54,188 nucleotides of DNA from a virus (Duplodnaviria; Caudoviricetes), in IMG/VR virus record IMGVR_UViG_3300032770_000026, positions 1 to 54,188 of that record. One strand, written 5' to 3'. The first letter of the stretch is position 1; every line of letters starts with the position of its first letter. Under the pieces are notes generated by a model. It was not told the DNA's origin. It was given only the letters and a program-made list of their open reading frames with translations, and did not search any database. This document shows positions 1 to 7,864 of this stretch, in pieces. The position numbers and the translations under genes were made by a program.

Positions 1-59
1 GGCATTAAAAGAAAATATTGATTTGATACAACTATACGACCTATTAAAAAGAATAGCTA

Positions 60-821
60 ATGGAATATAGAATCAATGGATTTGAACAAATAAAGGCGTT
101 TTATAGATTAGTCTTTAATAATGAATATCCTTTTAAACCCCATCATATTTCATTGTATTTATTCCTGATTAATCAAAATAATAGGTCTAATTGGATGGAA
201 TGGTTTAAATGTCCTTATGACTTAGCGATGAATGGAGCTTGTATAAATAGCCGAGAAACTTATTATCGTTGTTTACATGAATTACAAGATTGGAAATTAA
301 TTGAATATAAACCTGGTATAAATAATTGGAAAGCTCCTTTAGTTAAGTTAGTAGTGTTGTCTAAAAATGGACAGGTAAACGGACAGGTAAACGGACAAGT
401 AGACGTACCAGTACCAGAACAAGCTCCCATACAACTACCCGAACAAGTAGTACGACAAGCAGTCGAACAAGTAGTCGGACAACTACCAGAACATATATAT
501 AAACAATTAACCAATAACCTTAAACCAATAACCGATAACTTAAAATCAGTTTTGGAATTTTTACAAAATTCAAAATCAACTAAAGCATGTTTATTTAAAA
601 ATTCAGAGTATTCAAATTTTGAGTTATTCAAAAGTAAATTCATTGGAACTGAATTTGAATGTGCGGACTTAAAGCATTACTATGATTCTTTTATGGATTG
701 GTCTAATTCAAAAGGTAAATTATCTAAAGATTGGATTGCCTCTGTCAGAAATGGAATGAGAAAAGATAAAGGCGAAGGTAAATTGAGATTATTGCAAATA
801 AAAACACAACTAACGAGATGA
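60..821 (+). CDS. Phage replication initiator (N-terminal winged-helix-like region, central repeat linker)
   Basis: Directly upstream of and overlapping the primase-helicase; internal 4-aa repeats and a C-terminal DW..SVRN motif typical of phage initiators. Confidence 0.65.
   Translation: MEYRINGFEQIKAFYRLVFNNEYPFKPHHISLYLFLINQNNRSNWMEWFKCPYDLAMNGACINSRETYYRCLHELQDWKLIEYKPGINNWKAPLVKLVVLSKNGQVNGQVNGQVDVPVPEQAPIQLPEQVVRQAVEQVVGQLPEHIYKQLTNNLKPITDNLKSVLEFLQNSKSTKACLFKNSEYSNFELFKSKFIGTEFECADLKHYYDSFMDWSNSKGKLSKDWIASVRNGMRKDKGEGKLRLLQIKTQLTR
369..488 (+). repeat. About ten degenerate 12-bp tandem repeats inside the initiator gene; candidate origin iterons
   Basis: GGACAGGTAAAC x2, GGACAAGTAGAC, ... 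GAACAAGTAGTC, GGACAACTACCA at 12-bp period, followed by AT-rich sequence. Confidence 0.6.
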
Positions 822-2602
822 AAATTTTATCCCTCAATACTAAGATCATTTATGACTTTGACTTTTCAGGCAAGGGATATATAAAATGCCCCGAATGTCA
901 AGAGGACCGCAAAAAGAAAAACACCAAGCCTTTTCGCGTGAATAAAGAAAAAAACGGCGGGTATTGTTATCATTGTGAATGTTCATTCGTTGAATATAAG
1001 CCTTTTAAAACTGAAAAAGCCTTCGCAATCCCAGAATGGAAAAACATTACTTCGCTAACTGATAAAGTTGTAAAATATTTCACCGGCCGAATGATAAGCC
1101 AGGATACTTTGGTTAAAATGAAAGTCTATTCTGATTGTCAATTTATGCCTCAGTTTAATAAATCAGTTGAAGTGATATGCTTCCCTTACTTCTTTAGCGA
1201 ACGATTGGTGAATATCAAATATCGCGGTCCTGAAAAATCCTTTAGTTTGGTTAAAGATGCTGAACTTGTATTTTATAATCTGAATTGCGTTTCAAATTTT
1301 GGTACTATCATAATAGTCGAGGGAGAAATTGATTGTTTAAGCATGATTGAATGCGGGTTTGAAAATTGTATATCAGTTCCAAACGGAGCTGCAGCAAAGG
1401 ATATGCCTTTTATTGATAACTATATTGAACTTTTCCAGGATAAAAAAATCATCATAGCAGTTGATAATGACTTAAGAGGATTAGAATTAAAATCTGAATT
1501 AATTCGTCGTTTTGGGTCCGAAAATTGCTTAACTATAAACTTCGAGGATTGCAAAGATGCTAACGAAGTCCTATGTGAAAAGGGCGGACCTGAGTTAAAA
1601 AGGATTATTAATGAAGCCAAAGAAATACCTGTTTCTGGTATTATAGACATTGATAGTCAATACGATGAAATTTATAATTTATTCCTTCATGGATTAGAAA
1701 AGGGTAAAACTTTGGGCATTTCAGAAATTGACGAGCTGATTACCTGGGAACTTTCGAGACTTGCTATTTGGACCGGGATACCCTCTCATGGTAAAAGTTC
1801 AATTGTAGACCTTATAAATGTTTTGTTAAATATTCGTTACGGTTGGAAAGTGGCTTATTTCAGTCCAGAAAGTTATCCTATGAAATTTCATTTTGCACGG
1901 CTTTATTCATTGATTTCCGGGCGTGCTTTTAAAGCTTTTGGTAAGCCAGACGAAAACGAATATGAAAAAGTTTATAATCATATTAATGAAAACTTTTCAT
2001 TCATCTATCCTGAAGATAATTTTAAAGTAGAAACCATACTTGAAAAGGCTAAATTTTTAGTTAAGAAAAGAGGTATAAACATACTTACCATTGACCCTTG
2101 GAATAATCTTGAGCACACAAAAAACAAAGGCGAATCCGATACTGATTACACAGGCCGGGTACTTTATGAACTAACAAAATTTGGAAAGAAAAATAATTGC
2201 TTGGTACATCTTATAGCGCATCCAACAAAGATGAAAAAACAGGTTAATGGGCTTTATGAAGTACCAAATATGTATGATATAAACGGGTCTGCTAATTTTT
2301 ACAATCGTGCTGATTATGGAATAAGTATCTATAGGTATTTTGGCGAAGATCCAAAAATAGATTTTAATGTTCTCAAGGTAAAATGGAAACATTTGGGCGA
2401 AGGTGGGACTGCGCAATTTCGATATAATACTATTAACGGTAGATTAGTTGATATAATTCAGGCTGATTCTGGATTTTTAGATAATTCAAATCTATTAGAA
2501 CCAGTTAAACAACAGACTTTAAACTTCGACATTAATCAACGAATTGAAACTAATACAAATTTCGAATATGAACAAAGAGATTCAAAAGATTTGCCTTTCT
2601 GA
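818..2602 (+). CDS. Bifunctional primase-helicase (T7 gp4/Twinkle-like)
   Basis: N-terminal CxxC...CxxC zinc finger, TOPRIM VEGEID and DND motifs, Walker A GIPSHGKS, IDP Walker B, LIAHP motif. Confidence 0.92.
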   Translation: MKILSLNTKIIYDFDFSGKGYIKCPECQEDRKKKNTKPFRVNKEKNGGYCYHCECSFVEYKPFKTEKAFAIPEWKNITSLTDKVVKYFTGRMISQDTLVKMKVYSDCQFMPQFNKSVEVICFPYFFSERLVNIKYRGPEKSFSLVKDAELVFYNLNCVSNFGTIIIVEGEIDCLSMIECGFENCISVPNGAAAKDMPFIDNYIELFQDKKIIIAVDNDLRGLELKSELIRRFGSENCLTINFEDCKDANEVLCEKGGPELKRIINEAKEIPVSGIIDIDSQYDEIYNLFLHGLEKGKTLGISEIDELITWELSRLAIWTGIPSHGKSSIVDLINVLLNIRYGWKVAYFSPESYPMKFHFARLYSLISGRAFKAFGKPDENEYEKVYNHINENFSFIYPEDNFKVETILEKAKFLVKKRGINILTIDPWNNLEHTKNKGESDTDYTGRVLYELTKFGKKNNCLVHLIAHPTKMKKQVNGLYEVPNMYDINGSANFYNRADYGISIYRYFGEDPKIDFNVLKVKWKHLGEGGTAQFRYNTINGRLVDIIQADSGFLDNSNLLEPVKQQTLNFDINQRIETNTNFEYEQRDSKDLPF

Positions 2603-2816
2603 GCAAGGTCAAAAACTCGAACAATTTATCCTAACGATGCCCTTAAACCAATATTTTAACACTAAAGGCGATGAAGAAACAATTCGCATAATCTGTGAAT
2701 GGATTGACCTCGACTGTATGTGGCCGTCCTATTACCTCGAATTCAACTTCGACAAGAGTAAATTTAAAAAGAAAGAATATAAAGTAAACGGAATTAAAGA
2801 ATTAAAAAGATGTTAA
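2568..2816 (+). CDS. Hypothetical protein
   Basis: ORF overlapping both neighbours; ATG at 2568 more likely than the TTG start at 2544. Confidence 0.5.
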   Translation: MNKEIQKICLSEQGQKLEQFILTMPLNQYFNTKGDEETIRIICEWIDLDCMWPSYYLEFNFDKSKFKKKEYKVNGIKELKRC

Positions 2817-3607
2817 TACACGATCATTTTCAGAATTTTAAAGTTTATCAAATTCCAAAAGCTCAATTGATAATAGCTGATATTCCTTATAATGTGGGTA
2901 TTAATGCTTATGCCTCAAATCCTTCCTGGTATAAAGACGGCGATAATAAAAACGGAGAAAGCGAATTGGCCGGGAAAGAATTTTTTGATACCGATAAGGA
3001 TTTTAGGCCGGCTGAATTTATGCACTTTTGCTCGACTATGTTAAAAAAAGAACCAAAAGAAAAAGGCCAAGCCCCCGCAATGCTAGTATTTTGCGAATAT
3101 GAACAACAATTCTATTTGATAGAACTAGCTAAAAAATACGGTTTACCCAATTACATAAATCTTGTTTTCCGCAAAAACTTTTCGGCTCAGGTTTTAAAAG
3201 CAAATATGAAAATTGTTGGCAATTGTGAATATGGCTTGGTTTTTTACCGTGATAAGCTTCCAAAATTCAATAATAACGGCAAAATGGTATTTAATTGTAT
3301 CGATGTGCCGCGCGACACAAAGAATGAAAAAATACATCCTACACAAAAATCCGTTGAATTACTTGAAAGGCTGATTGAAATATTTACCGATCCTGGCGAT
3401 GTTATAATCGATCCGGTTGCCGGTAGTGGATCAACATTAATTGCAGCCGAAAACAAAGGCCGTAAGGCTTACGGATTCGAAATTAAAATGAACTTCTTTA
3501 AGGCTGCTACAAATTGGATTGAGCAAAATCAACTTATAAAAAAGGAAATTAAAGAATTAGGATACGCAAAAACTGAATTAAATAAAACTCACTTAACTCT
3601 ATTTTAA
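2810..3607 (+). CDS. DNA adenine-N6/cytosine-N4 methyltransferase (beta class)
   Basis: DIPY catalytic motif (DPPY variant), HPTQK, DPVAGSGSTL SAM-binding motif. Confidence 0.9.
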   Translation: MLIHDHFQNFKVYQIPKAQLIIADIPYNVGINAYASNPSWYKDGDNKNGESELAGKEFFDTDKDFRPAEFMHFCSTMLKKEPKEKGQAPAMLVFCEYEQQFYLIELAKKYGLPNYINLVFRKNFSAQVLKANMKIVGNCEYGLVFYRDKLPKFNNNGKMVFNCIDVPRDTKNEKIHPTQKSVELLERLIEIFTDPGDVIIDPVAGSGSTLIAAENKGRKAYGFEIKMNFFKAATNWIEQNQLIKKEIKELGYAKTELNKTHLTLF

Positions 3608-3608
3608 A

Positions 3609-3896
3609 ATGAAAACCGAACAAATCAAATTAATCGTAACAGCCAATATCCAATATACGGATGGCAACCGTGGAAAAGCTATTGAACTGGCAAAGTATTG
3701 TACTAGAGCCTATACTCAATCTGGTATGGATTACGGGGCGAAAGTGGATAAAGTCGAGTTAATGAAAGACATAATTGATCTTGATTTATTAAATAAATAC
3801 TCTCTATTCCTAGAAAAACAAGGTTACATGGATACAGATTGGAGGGCCGAAGAACCTTTCGCAATTGACGAATTCATGAAAAGCTTGAAGAAATGA
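3609..3896 (+). CDS. Hypothetical protein
   Basis: ORF tightly coupled to the upstream gene. Confidence 0.55.
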   Translation: MKTEQIKLIVTANIQYTDGNRGKAIELAKYCTRAYTQSGMDYGAKVDKVELMKDIIDLDLLNKYSLFLEKQGYMDTDWRAEEPFAIDEFMKSLKK

Positions 3897-4047
3897 AACA
3901 TTACTGGACTGGAATAACAGCGACACCCTGGCATGTAACTTATTGTAAAAGATATACAGATAAAATAAGCCAATTAACTGAGAATATTGATGAAGTGACC
4001 TGTAAGGATTGCTTACGAAGGTTAAAAAGTTTGAAAGGAGAAAAGAA

Positions 4048-4425
4048 ATGACACTATTTGAAAAGAAACAAGAAATAATTTGCTTGAATCAAAGCAAAGA
4101 CGGATTAAGCACGAATGAATTAACGGAATTGCTTAATGAATATCGAATACTAGCAGTTGAACAATTTTTAATAACCCCTAAATTCTGGACTTTAATAGGT
4201 CGGTATATCCTCAGGATTTTAGGATTGCCATTTTTTAGCGCAATAGCCTTAATCTACTGTATTATTCAGTTTTTTGTATTTGTTATTAATTTCATTCGCT
4301 GGGGTGGTCAATCAATCGCATATACAAGGCATGTAAATTATAAGACTATTGCGGATGTCTATTTGAAGGTTGAAGAACTTGTAAATAAAAAGAAAACAAA
4401 TGAACCATATCTCCAAAACCAATAA
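4048..4425 (+). CDS. Hypothetical membrane protein
   Basis: Long hydrophobic stretch ILGLPFFSAIALIYCIIQFFVFVI; ATG at 4048 preferred. Confidence 0.55.
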   Translation: MTLFEKKQEIICLNQSKDGLSTNELTELLNEYRILAVEQFLITPKFWTLIGRYILRILGLPFFSAIALIYCIIQFFVFVINFIRWGGQSIAYTRHVNYKTIADVYLKVEELVNKKKTNEPYLQNQ

Positions 4426-4786
4426 AGTCCGTCTTTCTACCGGCGAAAAAATATCCCGGATGGAATTCAATAAAAGGATTCATGACGCGAAAGAATTGAA
4501 GTTATCACAGCAATTGAATGAGCATGGTTTAAATTTTTGCCAAGATTGTGCAAATGATAATGAATCTCTATTTAAACTCTTGATTGATGGACAAAAGTTT
4601 ATTAATGATTTAGAATATAGAATATTAGAGTGTTCTCATGAAATCTCAGTCAAAGAATGCGTTGAATCGGGTCGGGCGGAATTAGCCTATGATTTGAATA
4701 ACATGAGAATACGATGTCATTATCATCATAAAATAAAGGATGAGTTAAACTTAAAATTCAAACAATATGAAAACACTAGCGATTGA
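4400..4786 (+). CDS. NinG/HNH-like endonuclease
   Basis: CQDC ... CSHEIS ... NNMRIRCHYHH zinc/HNH-type pattern. Confidence 0.6.
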   Translation: MNHISKTNKVRLSTGEKISRMEFNKRIHDAKELKLSQQLNEHGLNFCQDCANDNESLFKLLIDGQKFINDLEYRILECSHEISVKECVESGRAELAYDLNNMRIRCHYHHKIKDELNLKFKQYENTSD

Positions 4787-4973
4787 TCCAGGTAATATTG
4801 AATCAGCTTTTGTAATTTGGGATGGAGAAATAATCTATTCGAAAGGAAAATTAAAGAATGAAGATTTATTAAGCACTAACCTTGCTACGAAGAAGGGCTA
4901 TTGCACACAACGTTTGATAATATGGAATGGCTGGGATTCGGAGCTACTAACTTATCCCACGCCACAAAACTAA
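4767..4973 (+). pseudogene. Truncated RuvC-like (RNase H fold) resolvase, interrupted by the cassette array
   Basis: MKTLAIDPGNIESAFV is a RuvC-like N-terminus; after about 35 aa the frame runs into the hairpin site. Confidence 0.6.
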
Positions 4974-5041
4974 TAGGTAGCAAGCTGGCTAAAAAGTCCG
5001 ATAACACCCAGCTATTTTATATTATGTGTTAGCGGTTGTTA
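4902..5041 (+). repeat. attC-like hairpin site 1
   Basis: ACAAC-GTTTG-ATAATATGGAATGGCTGGG (4917-4935) pairs with CCCAGCTATTTTATATTAT (5007-5025)-GT-GTTAGCG. Confidence 0.7.
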
Positions 5042-5045
5042 AATT

Positions 5046-5330
5046 ATGCAGTACAAAAAAGACGAAAATACAATTTGGGAAGATACTGGTAAAATTAAAG
5101 TACATAACTATCCAGCATCTTCAAGAAGTACATATTCATATATAACTCGAACTTATCGTGAAATAAAGAAGGATGCTTTTGGGTGGAAAGAAGTTGATGG
5201 AGAGCCAATTTATTTCCATGATATGACAACTGAACAGGTTACATTAGCGATGATTATGGGACAGGCTGAAAACGCATTAAATAATATTTGCAAGCGTGAG
5301 AAGTTTCTTGTTCCTATTAATAACCGCTAA
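5046..5330 (+). CDS. Hypothetical protein in cassette A
   Basis: ORF bounded by GTTAGCGGTTGTTA and TAATAACCGCTAAC; its stop codon lies inside CGCTAAC. Confidence 0.65.
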   Translation: MQYKKDENTIWEDTGKIKVHNYPASSRSTYSYITRTYREIKKDAFGWKEVDGEPIYFHDMTTEQVTLAMIMGQAENALNNICKREKFLVPINNR

Positions 5331-5691
5331 CGGTTGGCTGTATGATTAGTGCGCCAACCAAATTAGCAGAAATATTGATACGAGTTACAAACTTTAAAAT
5401 ACCGAGCGATGGAAAATTTTGATTATGAACAAATGGAAATGCCAACACCTTGCGAGCATTGCGGTGAGATATTTGACCTTAATGACGGGTATGGCTCTGA
5501 AAAATGGCACAAGAACGTTGTAATATGCGAAAAGTGTTATAGGGAAGAAGAAGCCGAAATAGAAGAAGATGAGCGCTGGGAGGAGATAAACATTGAAATT
5601 AGCAATGCTATCTACCACCTTAAAGAAGAGGGCGCGTGGGCAAAACTTACGGACGAGAACCGCGCATTAATTATACAGCATGTTAGCGGTT
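5322..5691 (+). repeat. attC-like hairpin site 2 with a ~307-nt coding loop
   Basis: AACCGCTAAC-GGTTG-GCTGTATGATTAGTGCGC (5337-5354) pairs with GCGCATTAATTATACAGC (5662-5679)-AT-GTTAGCGGTT. Confidence 0.75.
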
Positions 5692-5765
5692 CGTTGCCTG
5701 ATAAACACCCAGACACTGAAGCTGACGGCTATGTATTTTGCGGCAAATGTGGAAAGATGAAATAA
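5409..5765 (+). CDS. Zinc-finger hypothetical protein reading through the right arm of site 2
   Basis: CEHC, CEKC and terminal CGKC motifs; LIIQHVSGS is encoded by the hairpin arm. Confidence 0.65.
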   Translation: MENFDYEQMEMPTPCEHCGEIFDLNDGYGSEKWHKNVVICEKCYREEEAEIEEDERWEEINIEISNAIYHLKEEGAWAKLTDENRALIIQHVSGSLPDKHPDTEADGYVFCGKCGKMK

Positions 5766-5865
5766 GCTTTCGGCAATGACCGCTAACTCTTTTATATATA
5801 CACTTCAAAATTTTGCACTAAAATGGAAAGTCAAGAAAGAATCAAACTTTTAAAGTGAATGAATT

Positions 5866-6246
5866 ATGAGGAACGACAGGGAATACCAAATTTGTAAAGC
5901 AATTTCAACATATTTAAAATTTCAGTATCCAAATGTTATTTTTCATTTTGATTATGCTGGGCTACATTTAACCAAGGCTCAAGCCGGGAAAATGAAGGAA
6001 ATACAAGGTGGAAAGGGATGGCCGGATTTGTTTATTGCAGAGCCAAAGCATAATTATCATGGTTTGTTTTTGGAAATCAAAAAAGAAAATGAGCGACTTT
6101 ATAAAAAGATTAGCCGAATTCCAATAACCGAGCATATTCAATATCAAATTAATCAAATTATTACGCTTAACAAAAAAAATTATTGTGCTTGTTTTGCAAT
6201 TGGATTTGATGAGGCAAAAAAAATTATTGATGGATATTTAGGTTAA
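5866..6246 (+). CDS. VRR-NUC (PD-(D/E)XK) nuclease, probable Holliday junction resolvase
   Basis: GWPDLFI ... GLFLEIK motif, C-terminal GFDEA. Confidence 0.85.
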   Translation: MRNDREYQICKAISTYLKFQYPNVIFHFDYAGLHLTKAQAGKMKEIQGGKGWPDLFIAEPKHNYHGLFLEIKKENERLYKKISRIPITEHIQYQINQIITLNKKNYCACFAIGFDEAKKIIDGYLG

Positions 6247-6595
6247 TACCTAGCCTATTTTAACGTCAAATAATCAAATTTAAAAGAACAACCCCTTAAA
6301 CAAGGATAAGTATCAAAAACGAAAAATAATTGATTTAAACGCTTAAAAACGCAAAATATGAAATTTGAAGATTTGAAATTTTGTGAGGAGTTTGAAAAGA
6401 AATATAAATCGTTAGAACTTTTATTATTGATAAAAGACAATCTAACAGAGAAAGGACGAAAGGAATATTTTGAGTTAAAAACCTATATTCTCAACAATCT
6501 GGACAAATATATGGAATTAACCAACTAAGTCAAATAAAATCAACATAATGATATTAAATCATAACTAATTGATTAATAACTTAAGTCTAAAAAAT

Positions 6596-7102
6596 ATGGA
6601 TATACTAAACGAATCACAATCTATCATTGAATTTTTAAGAAAGAATTCAGATATTTTAAAAATCAATGGAATTGCTAAGCGTGCTGAAGTTCCTAGTTCA
6701 AGAATCTGGAACATGTTGTCGAATAGACAAATAAATCTATGTATAAAGGACGTAGCAAAACTTATTTCGGTATTATCTCCATTGGGGTATATCCCAGTTG
6801 ATGAAAAAAACGGGGGTATTAATAGAATCATCAAAAAGGTTTCCGAGATAACCAAGGTGCCGGTTTCAAAAATAACCAATTGCGCACAAGATCGTGAAGT
6901 CATAAGGGCCCGTGAATATATTGTTTTAGTAAATGAAAAAATTACTAAACTTAATTCTACGCTTTTAGGTAAAGAATTGGGTGGCAGGGATCACGCAACA
7001 ATATTATCGAACAAGAAAAGAGCAAACGGTTATCTCGAAGCAAAGGATAAATATTTTCTTGAATATTGGCCTGAAATAAAACGTCAACTACAAATAAATT
7101 AA
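6596..7102 (+). CDS. DNA-binding protein: N-terminal HTH plus DnaA domain IV-like C-terminus; candidate late regulator
   Basis: AREY ... LGKELGGRDHATIL is the DnaA C-terminal signature; last gene before the terminase. Confidence 0.7.
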   Translation: MDILNESQSIIEFLRKNSDILKINGIAKRAEVPSSRIWNMLSNRQINLCIKDVAKLISVLSPLGYIPVDEKNGGINRIIKKVSEITKVPVSKITNCAQDREVIRAREYIVLVNEKITKLNSTLLGKELGGRDHATILSNKKRANGYLEAKDKYFLEYWPEIKRQLQIN

Positions 7103-7163
7103 TGTATTATATTGACGAAATAGAAAAGAGAATTAAAGGATAAGAATTATTGATAATTAAGTA

Positions 7164-7193
7164 TTGAAATACCGAAATAAAAGAGTATATTTG
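7164..7193 (+). promoter_or_regulatory. Bacteroidota-type promoter upstream of the terminase genes
   Basis: TTG-N19-TATATTTG. Confidence 0.5.
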
Positions 7194-7384
7194 CAAAATA
7201 AAATAGTAAAATGAATTGTGAAAAACGTAAAACCGATAAAAGTTCATGCCTTCTTAAAGGGAGGGAAAAGAGTAATTAACAAAGACGATGCTAATTTCGT
7301 TAAATTAATGACTCAGGATGGATATTTGACTTTACGTAAGGACTTAGTAAAAGAATGGGATAAACTTCCACAAAACGCATAAGT

Positions 7385-7864
7385 ATGGCAAAGCACAAAT
7401 ATATTGAAACGCCTGAAAAAATGTGGGAATTATTCGAAGCTTATCGAAATGAGATAAAAGGTAATCCTATTGAGATCGTCGAACAAAAAAAGGGTACGTT
7501 AGTTATTCCGAAAAGTTTTGAAGGGAATATAAGTGAGCTTTTTCAATCAACAATAAATTTACCCCAGCAACGGCCTTTAACTATGGAAGGTTTTCTTAAT
7601 TACTTAGACGATAATGATATAATTTCAGATGCAACGGATTATTTTGAAAATAAAAACAATAGTTATGAAAAATATCTCCGTATCTGTAAACGCATAAAGA
7701 GAGTTATAAGGCAAGACCAAATAGAAGGTGGTATGGCTGGCATTTATAACCCTTCAATTACTCAGCGTTTAAACGGACTCACAGAAAAAACCGACATTAT
7801 GTCCGGTGGTCAACCTCTCCAAAGGACCATTATAAAGTGGGGTGATACAACATTAGAAGTATGA
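7385..7864 (+). CDS. terS: Terminase small subunit (P22 gp3-like)
   Basis: ETPEKMWE..Y, PLTMEGF, SITQRLNGL motifs; overlaps terL. Confidence 0.85.
   Translation: MAKHKYIETPEKMWELFEAYRNEIKGNPIEIVEQKKGTLVIPKSFEGNISELFQSTINLPQQRPLTMEGFLNYLDDNDIISDATDYFENKNNSYEKYLRICKRIKRVIRQDQIEGGMAGIYNPSITQRLNGLTEKTDIMSGGQPLQRTIIKWGDTTLEV

Noticed and set aside
263-643. Cys-rich reverse ORF (TCPF repeats)
   Set aside because: Antisense shadow of the 12-bp repeats in the initiator gene.
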